Source: Candidatus Thorarchaeota archaeon (lineage in GTDB: Archaea; Asgardarchaeota; Thorarchaeia; Thorarchaeales; Thorarchaeaceae). From it: a stretch of DNA of 64,000 nucleotides. The stretch is taken from positions 1-64,000 of the forward strand of contig JAGSHN010000023.1 of assembly GCA_029855935.1 (NCBI GenBank). The letters are read 5' to 3'. The translations under genes and the position numbers were made by a program. Position 1 is the first letter of the stretch; each line of letters opens with the position of its first letter. The notes beneath the pieces were generated by a model. The model ran no database searches, had not been told where the DNA came from, and was given only the letters and a program-made list of their open reading frames with translations. Positions 18,872-26,950 of the stretch are shown in pieces.

Positions 18872-21343
18872 ATGACCCACCACCACAGACTACATGTACG
18901 GAGACTCGTCATCTTGACGCTGCTTGTGACTATACTCTCCTCGTTCCTTGTGACAACAAGACTCAGTACAGACCCGTCGCCATTGACGGTTGACCCGACC
19001 AATACCCCAACCCGGCGGGACGCCCGTGCGACTCAGGCGATTCCAGCCATCTCGTCGGCCTATGCCACACAAGACAGCATTCTTGAACCTCGTGAGGAAT
19101 GGTCGATTGACAGTGCGAGGCAATGGTACTGGCCCGTTGTTCACGACCTGAATGGAGATGGCAACGTGGAGCTCGTCGTAGAGACTAGTGACGGCATTCT
19201 ATGTGCCAATGCCAAGAGCGGGTCAACAATCTGGACATTTGACTTTGCGAGTAGCGGTGAGATCTTGAGCAGCGACATTGCAATGGCAGATGCCAACGGA
19301 GACGGCACCAGTGACGTGATTGTTGCAATCACGGATCAGCCGCAGGACAAGGACAGACTGGTATGTATTAATGGCGGAACAGGTGAACTGCTCTGGCAGA
19401 AGCAGAACGGCGATCAAATCACATTGGTCGCGGCCTACGACATCATGGGCGATGCAGACTACGAACTCCTGGTAGGATCCGGGAACCTCTCGTGTCTTGA
19501 CGTGTCAGACGGCTCAGTGCTATGGACGGCACTCAGCGGTGTGTGGTTGTACGGTAATCCCGTGATCAGCGATTTCAACGGCGACGGTTGGACCGAGATA
19601 TATGTCCCAACCGAGAACAATCTCTACTGTCTCGGATATGACGGCTCGGTGAAGTGGAGTGCTTCCGGTGGGGGCCATGTTCCGCAGGGTGTCTTTCTTG
19701 CCGACGGTGATGAGGATGGTGAACCTGAACTCTATATGTTGTCCGATGAGATTGAGGTCCGTAGACCCAGTAGCGGCGCACTGGTCTGGAGTATCGACTG
19801 TGAGGCCTCAGCAATTGTTCCCGGAGACGTGGATGGAGACGGCCATCTGGAGGTCATCGCCTCGTCGAGCAAGACTGTCTATTGCTACAACCTCGACGAC
19901 AGAGGTTCTCTTCTCTGGTCAAGAAGGCTAACGAACAAGGCCTCAGTACCCACAATCGTGGATGTGGATGGCGATGGCGATCTGGATGTCGTGGTGGCCG
20001 AGTCTGATGGAAGCCACGTTCGTGCCCTTGATGGCAGGTCGGGTGAGGTGCTGTGGGACCTGAATGACTACTTTGGAATTCCACGCTCCGTTGTAGTTGC
20101 CCCCCGCGGTCCCAGTGAGAACGAGGACTACTTCTACCTTCTGGCCCCAACGTCGTCAGACGGACTCGTCTGTCTGAATCCTGCAACATATGGCAGGCGT
20201 GTCTTCTGGCAGAATCCGGGTGGTGTGTTTGATTGTCTTCCACTCAGAGACACGAGCGCTATTGATGCAGATGGCGACATGATGTCGGCACGTAGCGAGG
20301 TGACATATGGCACTGACCTTCTCGATGCCGACACAGACGATGACGGGCTGCCAGATGGTTGGGAGGTCTCGAACCAACTTGACCCCCTGAATGCAAGCGA
20401 TGCTGGGGACGACCCGGACGGGGACGGACTCGCCAACATCTTTGAGTACGGCAACTGCACGGACCCCACTGACCCCGACACAGACAACGACGGAATGCCG
20501 GATGGCTGGGAACTCAGCAACCGCCTTGATCCACTTAACGCAGAAGACGCGAACGATGACAACGATGAGGACGAACTCACGAACCTTGAGGAGTACCAGC
20601 TAGGTACCAACCCCCACTCCTGGGACACAGACGGAGACCTCATGTCAGACAGCTGGGAGGTTGCAAACAATCTCAATCCTCTGGTCGACGACAGTACGGA
20701 CGATCCCGACAATGATGGCGCGACCAACGGGGATGAGTACATTGCAGGTACGGACCCGCACGATAGCGACACGGATGACGATGGTCTCCTTGATGGCTGG
20801 GAGATGCAGTACGTCGGTCTGGACCCGCTTCAGCCCGGACAGGGTGATGAGGACTCGGACTCTGACGGCCTGACGAACCTACAGGAGCAAGACGCGGGAA
20901 CGAATCCGAACAGACCAGACACCGACAACGACCACTGTCCGGATGGCTGGGAGATTGCCCACGACCTTGATCCACTCGACCCTGACGACGGCGCTGAGGA
21001 CACGGACTCAGACGGCCTGATCAATTCGCTCGAATACGACTATGGCACTGACCCGAGGGACGCCGACACCGACGGCGACACAATGCCTGATGGTTGGGAG
21101 GTCCAGTTTGGCCTAGACCCCACTGACCCCACAGTCGGCGATGCGGATGGTGATATGCTTGACGACAGTCAGGAGTTCGCTCTCGGCTCCTTGCCCAACT
21201 GTTCAGACACTGACGGCGATTTCGCTCCTGACGGTCTCGAGGCTATGATCTCTCTATCGCCCACCAACCCCAATGACTTCAGAATCGTCATGGGCATACT
21301 CGTTGTCGTAATGATTGGAGTTGTGTGGAAGAGAAGGCGGTGA
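18872..21343 (+). CDS. Surface protein: FG-GAP/PQQ-like propeller plus tandem acidic Ca-binding (TSP3-like DxDxDGxxDxWE) repeats, C-terminal TM + KRRR
   Basis: ORF 18707..21343; likely start MTHHHRLHVRRLVILTLL at 18872. DLNGDG/DANGDG/DVDGDG repeats, then many DTDxDGxPDGWE / GTxP repeats. Confidence 0.85.
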   Translation: MTHHHRLHVRRLVILTLLVTILSSFLVTTRLSTDPSPLTVDPTNTPTRRDARATQAIPAISSAYATQDSILEPREEWSIDSARQWYWPVVHDLNGDGNVELVVETSDGILCANAKSGSTIWTFDFASSGEILSSDIAMADANGDGTSDVIVAITDQPQDKDRLVCINGGTGELLWQKQNGDQITLVAAYDIMGDADYELLVGSGNLSCLDVSDGSVLWTALSGVWLYGNPVISDFNGDGWTEIYVPTENNLYCLGYDGSVKWSASGGGHVPQGVFLADGDEDGEPELYMLSDEIEVRRPSSGALVWSIDCEASAIVPGDVDGDGHLEVIASSSKTVYCYNLDDRGSLLWSRRLTNKASVPTIVDVDGDGDLDVVVAESDGSHVRALDGRSGEVLWDLNDYFGIPRSVVVAPRGPSENEDYFYLLAPTSSDGLVCLNPATYGRRVFWQNPGGVFDCLPLRDTSAIDADGDMMSARSEVTYGTDLLDADTDDDGLPDGWEVSNQLDPLNASDAGDDPDGDGLANIFEYGNCTDPTDPDTDNDGMPDGWELSNRLDPLNAEDANDDNDEDELTNLEEYQLGTNPHSWDTDGDLMSDSWEVANNLNPLVDDSTDDPDNDGATNGDEYIAGTDPHDSDTDDDGLLDGWEMQYVGLDPLQPGQGDEDSDSDGLTNLQEQDAGTNPNRPDTDNDHCPDGWEIAHDLDPLDPDDGAEDTDSDGLINSLEYDYGTDPRDADTDGDTMPDGWEVQFGLDPTDPTVGDADGDMLDDSQEFALGSLPNCSDTDGDFAPDGLEAMISLSPTNPNDFRIVMGILVVVMIGVVWKRRR
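20260..21270 (+). repeat. Intragenic tandem acidic DxDxDG..D.WE / ..TN.EEY..GTDP repeats
   Basis: Visible in the translation of 18872..21343. Confidence 0.8.
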
Positions 21344-21574
21344 CAGTACTCGGCACTCGTGCAGTTCACTAGCCCCACGACGGGTAGACCGGCAACAAGG
21401 TCAGGTCGGAACACAACATACAGACCTCAGACCGGATCTCGGGTCGAAGTACGGACTGCCGACAAGCATATGTCGCTCCAGATGGGTCGCTCGTGCCTCC
21501 GTTGGCTGAAGCAAGTGGGCCAGTGGCGCAGATGATGCAGCCACCGTAGGGAGGAGAGGTCTCCCCCGCCCAAC

Positions 21575-21730
21575 CTAGTTCCGTTATGCCCCGTTCTCAG
21601 CGGACGACGCCAGCAGATGACACCTGCTCCAACGCGCCACTCGGGACACAGGAACATGCTCCTGGGAGGCGTTATGAACGGCAGGCCGGGAGAGGGGCTA
21701 TCCACCGGCGTCATCCGGCCGAACTACTCA
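21575..21730 (-). ncRNA. Putative unannotated structured RNA (~150 nt)
   Basis: Arms 21601-21618 and 21700-21717 form an 18-bp helix whose 4 non-Watson-Crick positions are all G-U on the minus strand; internal hairpin CAGGA..TCCTG; TATA-like box ~25 nt upstream. Confidence 0.6.
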
Positions 21731-21734
21731 CGCA

Positions 21735-21777
21735 GCGTCGTCCCGGCTCTGTATATAAGGGGAACATGGGACGACGC
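21735..21777 (-). promoter_or_regulatory. TATA-like box (CTTATATA on minus) flanked by a perfect 10-bp inverted repeat GCGTCGTCCC-N23-GGGACGACGC
   Basis: Arms at 21735-21744 and 21768-21777; TATATAAG at 21752-21759 (plus). Confidence 0.55.
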
Positions 21778-21807
21778 CGAGGGTTCCAGAGTTTACTTCC
21801 CGCGGAC

Positions 21808-23280
21808 TCAGGCACCAAGACTGAGGATATCATTGGTGAGGAAGCTGTCGCGCAGGGAGAGGAGTCTGTCAACGATGAGCCCATTCTCGGTGTTGACCCG
21901 GAAAGACAGCGCGGATGAGGTCCTACGACTCTGCAGATAGAGTATCAGTCTCAGATTTCGGAGTGTCTCCAGAGTGGGTCCGGGGACGGGGTAGAGATCC
22001 GACCTCCTTACCCGCTCATATCGGCGCCGTGTACTCGCCACAAGATTCGAGGCCCCTCTCTCAATCTGGTTGGCCGTCCTAGCTCCCAGCAGCTCGTCGG
22101 CAATCCGATATCTCTGTGGGTCCATCTCCACAAGATAGTCATCACGAAGAAAGGCAAGCGCGAGGTAGTCGAGAACTGTGAGCATGGGGCCACCTATCTC
22201 AAGTTTGGCGGTATCAGAATGCCCCTGCCTGAAGTATGACGTTATCGCTCCCCGGAGATCTGGCGCCACATCAGCAAGGACAAGCACTTCTCTGACAGAC
22301 AGCGACTGAACAAAATCACGCACCTCTCTCTTGAGCTTCTTGAATCTCTCCAGCAGGCGTAGCCGATTGGCCACCTCAGAGTAGACGTGTCTCTGGTACG
22401 ATGAGGCAAGCGCATTCTCGTAGAAGTCTACCCGCACAGAATACTTGAGAGGATTGAGCGAATAATAGAGGGACTGAAGGAGATCACGGACCTTCACCAT
22501 AGACGAGTCCCCACTGGTGCGGAGAAGATTCCAGATGGCAGGAATGGAGTTCCTGTGAGCAAAGGCTAGTAAGGCCGCGTCAGTGACCCGTCTCTCAAAC
22601 TCTCGGGATATATGGGGTCGTATGACTATGCTCATAGTGTGCAGCCCCGGGAAGGACACCTCAATCTTTGAGAACGGCTCAGCCCCGGCCGCCACCTTGG
22701 TTCGATGGGCAAACACTTCGACTCTCTCGGTGGGAGAGAACCTCCGGCCTACTCTCAGACGCCCGACGAACAACAGTTTCTCAATGGATCGCTTGACCAG
22801 TCGAAGACGGGAGTTGAACTCACTATGCAGAGTTCCCAGCCAAGACTCATCCACCAGATACGGACCATTCGGAGAGATCTGGAGTCGGTACTCTGCGAAG
22901 AGGGAAGGATAGAGACGAACAGACCACACCAGATCAAAGTGCTCTGCGCCGACGGTGTCGTGTTGGATCTTCTTGGCCACGAGCGGCATCGGCATTCTAT
23001 ATGAGACATAGTAGTCATCACATATGACTCGGTAGTGAAGAGATCTGCACAGGTTTCGCCCTCGGAGAGGCCACCTCAGCCTCCCGACGCCGTGTACGAA
23101 TAGTCGCTCGTCGAGTCTGGCCGTGCCTCGAAGCACCCCTTCAAACTTCCTCCACAGTCGTTCCCGCCATCCGAGAAACGACAGCTCAGGCCGGAGACGT
23201 TCTCGCTCAAGGACCATCTCAGGCAATGCGATTGAGGCTGAGAGTACTACCCTCTGTCGATCCCTAGGGTCCAAAGTCAT
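21808..23280 (-). CDS. Hypothetical basic (Arg-rich) protein, 490 aa, no recognisable family
   Basis: Long ORF overlapping the upstream wHTH gene by 17 nt (translational coupling). Confidence 0.8.
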   Translation of the reverse strand: MTLDPRDRQRVVLSASIALPEMVLERERLRPELSFLGWRERLWRKFEGVLRGTARLDERLFVHGVGRLRWPLRGRNLCRSLHYRVICDDYYVSYRMPMPLVAKKIQHDTVGAEHFDLVWSVRLYPSLFAEYRLQISPNGPYLVDESWLGTLHSEFNSRLRLVKRSIEKLLFVGRLRVGRRFSPTERVEVFAHRTKVAAGAEPFSKIEVSFPGLHTMSIVIRPHISREFERRVTDAALLAFAHRNSIPAIWNLLRTSGDSSMVKVRDLLQSLYYSLNPLKYSVRVDFYENALASSYQRHVYSEVANRLRLLERFKKLKREVRDFVQSLSVREVLVLADVAPDLRGAITSYFRQGHSDTAKLEIGGPMLTVLDYLALAFLRDDYLVEMDPQRYRIADELLGARTANQIERGASNLVASTRRRYERVRRSDLYPVPGPTLETLRNLRLILYLQSRRTSSALSFRVNTENGLIVDRLLSLRDSFLTNDILSLGA

Positions 23281-24796
23281 CTGTCATCACACGCCACTTT
23301 CCCTCGTCTGCATCCCAACGGGAAACGGGCAGCTTCCATCCGAAGAGATGATAGCTTCCGTGATAGCTGAGCAGGCAGTCTTCTTCCTGAAACTTCATTC
23401 GCACGTCCTCAAATATCCATCTGGCATATTGGGCCGGGACCTTGGCGATGACCGTGCTGAGGCCGTTCGTTGCTCTCTGACAGTAGAGCTCAGGCAGGAA
23501 GGAGAGAGCCCGACAGATGCGCCGATAGAGTGAGACGTCGCTGTTGTGAATGACGAGGAAGAGCGAACCGGGAGCGTAGACGGTGGTAGCAACCACCCTC
23601 TCCCACAGGATACCCCTTGAGCGTAGGTCGGCCACGATTCCCAACACGGTATTATACTTCCGGCCGACCTTCCGCCTTATGTCCCTCACCGAGGTCAGAC
23701 CTTTGTTCAGGATGGCATCGATGACGGCCAGATAGCTCTCGTCCAGCACGAAGCCCTCAAGGTCGAGCTGGCGTCCAGTCAACTGCACAGGCGGCGGGTT
23801 CTCGAACGCGTCCTGTAGTCTCCTATGGAATGTCTCAAAGACCGCCCACTGCGAACCGTCAAACAGGTCATAGTCGATATTCGCCCAGCATAGGCTCTCG
23901 TCCCGCTCCCCCGCGGTGACTCTCACGACCCCCGGTGCGTCGGCAAGGCTCTCAAGCCACATCCTGCCCTCTCTGAACGGTGACCACCAGCGCGGTACAA
24001 CTATGTTCACAAGGGCAAAGCTCTCCCCGGTTGATGTCCGAAGGACGTTGTAGAGCCAGGGATTCTGTTTCCCTAGATATGGAGGCAGGCGCGTCGAGTG
24101 ATCCTCAAGCTCAAGAGCCATTATGACCGTCTTCAGCCCGATGCCCGCATACGAGACAGTCGGTATCGTCCACAGGACTCCCCGCCGTCGGAGGTTGTTC
24201 AGTACTCTTGAGACATAGCCCTTGGAGGTCCCGAGCCGAGCCGCAAGCCTCTGCGGCGAGACTGTCTGGTACGCGAGTGCGGTGCGAAATACCAGAAGGG
24301 TGCTCTGGGATAGTGTCGGAACGCGCTCAGACCGGAACTCAAACAGGTCTTGAATGAACAGTTCCCTGAAGGCAGGCCCAGCCTCCTCAATTCGCCTCTG
24401 ATACATCTCGCGCATCCTGTCGAACGCATCTCGAAATCCAAGGAGAGAACGATATACGAATGGTGGGCGATAGACGCGGCCATCGCCGTAGTCGCGTTCG
24501 CGAGAGGTCGCGGCCCACAGCTCCTCCCACCGACCAAGATCGCACTCGGGAAGTGCAAGCAACTCGGACAGCATCTGCTCAGTCCGGAAGCACACAAGAT
24601 CCCACGCAATGGTTCCCGGATACGCGCCCATCTCACGGGCGAGCTCACCTGCGGCCTCGGCGACCGCCTGAATCTCTAGCCGCTTCTCGGGCCAGATGTC
24701 GACAAGCGAGCTCACCATATCCTCAATGGCCATACGTTTGAACGGGGCCCCCGCACGAATCGGAATTCCCGTCCTTGGTTCGTCGCCAGCGGGCAT
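23264..24796 (-). CDS. Tandem Lrp/AsnC-like winged-helix regulator (two HTH + RAM-like modules)
   Basis: HTH1 SPQRLAARLGTSKGYVSRVLNNLRRRGVL followed by Lrp-type linker VSYAGIGL; HTH2 LDESYLAVIDAIL...SVRDIRRKVGRKYNTVLGIVADLRSRGIL. Confidence 0.75.
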   Translation of the reverse strand: MPAGDEPRTGIPIRAGAPFKRMAIEDMVSSLVDIWPEKRLEIQAVAEAAGELAREMGAYPGTIAWDLVCFRTEQMLSELLALPECDLGRWEELWAATSRERDYGDGRVYRPPFVYRSLLGFRDAFDRMREMYQRRIEEAGPAFRELFIQDLFEFRSERVPTLSQSTLLVFRTALAYQTVSPQRLAARLGTSKGYVSRVLNNLRRRGVLWTIPTVSYAGIGLKTVIMALELEDHSTRLPPYLGKQNPWLYNVLRTSTGESFALVNIVVPRWWSPFREGRMWLESLADAPGVVRVTAGERDESLCWANIDYDLFDGSQWAVFETFHRRLQDAFENPPPVQLTGRQLDLEGFVLDESYLAVIDAILNKGLTSVRDIRRKVGRKYNTVLGIVADLRSRGILWERVVATTVYAPGSLFLVIHNSDVSLYRRICRALSFLPELYCQRATNGLSTVIAKVPAQYARWIFEDVRMKFQEEDCLLSYHGSYHLFGWKLPVSRWDADEGKWRVMTDDFGP

Positions 24797-24926
24797 TTTC
24801 CTGTTCGTATTGTGGAAGGAGGGGCCTATTACATCTTCTGATTCTCGACGGACTAGCTAATCGAATTCCCGGGCCAGTGGTTGTCGGGCGACATTGGTCG
24901 TCCACAACAGAACGGAGGTGAATGGA

Positions 24927-24974
24927 GTGAATCCAGGAGATCCTTGGCCAATTCCTCCGTGGCGCCCGGCGTAA
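24927..24974 (+). CDS. Putative 15-aa Pro/Trp-rich peptide MNPGDPWPIPPWRPA
   Basis: Perfect SD GGAGGTGA (24914-24921), GTG start 5 nt later, TAA stop, then a hairpin + T12 terminator. Below the ORF-track cutoff. Confidence 0.5.
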   Translation: MNPGDPWPIPPWRPA

Positions 24975-24993
24975 GAACCGGCGTTGGCGGAGC

Positions 24994-25045
24994 GTCGAGG
25001 GACAGCACCCCGGCTGGCCCCGACATCTCTCTCTTTTTTTTTTTT
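24994..25045 (+). terminator. Hairpin + poly-T terminator
   Basis: GTCG-A-GGG-A-CAGC/GCTG-G-CCC-CGAC stem (24994-25024), followed by TCTCTCTC and 12 T (25034-25045). Confidence 0.65.
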
Positions 25046-25061
25046 CTGAGTCTCGGCGCAG

Positions 25062-25198
25062 GCGGAGACCAAGGTGGTGCCGAGGAGGCCCAGTTGAACC
25101 AGGCCTCTGCCCCCAGACATCCGGCTGCCCGGCCGCGGGGTTGATGCCCGCAGGGTCGCCAGACATGACAGGGGCAACACCATCTACCTAGTCTCCGC
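25062..25198 (-). ncRNA. Putative unannotated structured RNA (~137 nt, three-way junction)
   Basis: Closing helix 25062-25071/25189-25198, nested helices GCCCC/GGGGC, UCUGGC/GCCGGA, UGCGGG/CCCGCG and hairpin GAGGCCUGGU/ACUGGGCCUC; many G-U pairs only on the minus strand. Confidence 0.55.
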
Positions 25199-25319
25199 GC
25201 GCGTATTTCAGTATTGCGAGAACACCGATCCGAGGCCCTCCCTGCACCTCTTGCAAGTATGAATTGAGAATCGCCCTCAGTACGGCGGACGGAGAGTCCT
25301 AGGTGACCGGACCACTATG

Positions 25320-25782
25320 TCCGATCAAGTATCATCATCCCATTCGTGACCGTTACCAGATCAACACGTGGGATAGTTGGACTATTGCGACCGATGTAAG
25401 CAAGACCTTCGACAATCAAATTGGTACTGATGAAGCGACTCACATAGTCTCTGCAGGATGGGCAGCAGTTTTCGCAGCAATCGGAGCATCTATTGGAAAC
25501 CTGATCGAGCCAGGCGGAGGAGCGGTATTTGGTGCCTTTTCTGGACGGCGTACTTTGTGGTCTACTTGGCTGTGCAACTCAAGCCCAGCTCTATGATGAG
25601 GAGGGATGCATTTGGTGGTGTTGGGGCAAGGCATTTAGTGATTGGTTTTCTGCAACGCATGGTGGTTGGTACTTTGGCCACAGTATGGATTGCCAATTGC
25701 TGCTGCAGCATTTCTCGCGACGGACTACTTACAAATTGGTGACTGCACATCTATTGACGCACCAAGGTCGGGAAATCCATAG
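25320..25782 (+). pseudogene. Frameshifted C-terminal remnant of a glycine-zipper (bacteriocin/pore-former-like) protein
   Basis: Three frames join: ...GWAAVFAAIGASIGNLIEPGGGAVFGAF / LDGVLCGLLG...LYDEEGCIWWCW / NAWWLVLWPQYGLPIAAAAFLATDYLQIGDCTSIDAPRSGNP*. Confidence 0.55.
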
Positions 25783-25815
25783 TAAGATCAGAAGAAGAAC
25801 TGGAGTCGGGATCAA

Positions 25816-26235
25816 ATGGGTGTCAAAGAAAAGACAAAGATCATCTACATTCTGATGGGCAGGGTCTTCATGTTGATCGCTCTGGCATTGGAGATTGTCG
25901 TCTTTCTACTGCAGAGCACTCCGGACCATTCTACGGGATTCTGGGTGCCATATGTCATTTCTGTGCTAATTGACACGGGATGCATCACTTTGGCAAGTGA
26001 ATGCATATCTCGACATGGTCCTATCGACTCAAGAACTATTCTAGTTGTTCTAGCTGCATCCCTAACATTCGCGATTTTTGTGTTTCACTTTTCTAATGAG
26101 CTTCATGCGGTATTTTATCCCAGAACAATTCTTCCCGGTCTCCTGATGATTAATAGTGGAGGAGTCTTTCTGTTTGGAATAGGTTTGCTTATTTCTGGTA
26201 GAAGCTACGGAGAACGTATCTCAACAACCGCATAG
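25816..26235 (+). CDS. 4-TM membrane protein, immunity-like
   Basis: 139 aa, four TM, immediately downstream of the toxin-like remnant; lower GC. Confidence 0.7.
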   Translation: MGVKEKTKIIYILMGRVFMLIALALEIVVFLLQSTPDHSTGFWVPYVISVLIDTGCITLASECISRHGPIDSRTILVVLAASLTFAIFVFHFSNELHAVFYPRTILPGLLMINSGGVFLFGIGLLISGRSYGERISTTA

Positions 26236-26341
26236 AACCTAAAGCCGATGTTGCACAAGGGGGAAGATCAGCCCAGATGGTAGTTGATGCTGTGGCCACA
26301 GCTTGGAATGGTGATTGATGTCTGCGGAACTACTAGCTATA

Positions 26342-26397
26342 GGTAGCCTGCGAATCGGCAACAACAGATTTGATGCCCTCGTGCTATGAATCCCTAA
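26342..26397 (+). pseudogene. Second orphan C-terminal tip homologous to the end of the 25320-25782 remnant
   Basis: GSLRIGNNRFDAL-(1-nt slip)-AMNP* vs YLQIGDCTSIDAPRSGNP*. Confidence 0.45.
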
Positions 26398-26509
26398 GCG
26401 AAATCGGAGCGCTAGATTGATGGTTATTGGAGCACGATTCTATCGATAGGATACTTTACAGCTGGTGCTCGTACTTCCTGCAGAGTTGGGACAGAGAACT
26501 CGTAGAGCA

Positions 26510-26950
26510 ATGGTGGATGTGATGAACAAGAGAAGTATCAGTTTCTCCAGCAATGGTCGAAGGATTCTCTTGTGGACGGGACTGGTTTCTCTAGCACTTG
26601 TGGCAGCTGTGCATTGGTACATATCTACACTTCGGACCTCTGGTATTGGGTTTGGGACCATCTGCATTGTCTTGATACTTTCACTAGGTTGGTCCGTCTT
26701 TCTTCCATTGGCACACGTCTCGAATAGGGAAGATGTTACCAGATTGGCACTGGCCCTTATCCTGATCGGAACAATCTTCATGGTGGGGGGACTCTGGTCT
26801 CATAGCGCTCTGGAGATCTATCTGGCGCCCTACGACCTGCTGGCGACTTTTCTTGTCCTTGACAGTATGTTTGTGGTCCTCTCTGGTGTTCTCTTGCTTG
26901 AATTCAGGCACGGGAGAGATCATCTACTAGATAAGGAACAATGCTGCTGA
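26510..26950 (+). CDS. 4-TM membrane protein, probable paralog of 25816..26235
   Basis: ORF 26465..26950 (likely start MVDVMNK). The C-terminal pattern P.xLL..FLVLDS..V.LSGVLLL matches P.xIL..LLMINS..VFLFGIGLL. Confidence 0.7.
   Translation: MVDVMNKRSISFSSNGRRILLWTGLVSLALVAAVHWYISTLRTSGIGFGTICIVLILSLGWSVFLPLAHVSNREDVTRLALALILIGTIFMVGGLWSHSALEIYLAPYDLLATFLVLDSMFVVLSGVLLLEFRHGRDHLLDKEQCC

Noticed and set aside
24723-25183. ORF-track proteins 24723..25166, 24857..25183 and 24881..25144
   Set aside because: Low-complexity, GC-driven frames crossing a T12 run and hairpins; better explained by the structured elements.
25062-25198. 5S rRNA or cobalamin riboswitch identity for RNA B
   Set aside because: Size and three-way junction resemble 5S, but CCGAAC/GUUAAG-type conserved motifs are absent. 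TGCCCCC...GCCAGAC only loosely resembles a B12 box, GGGAA/ACTG elements are missing, and the G-U evidence favours the opposite strand.
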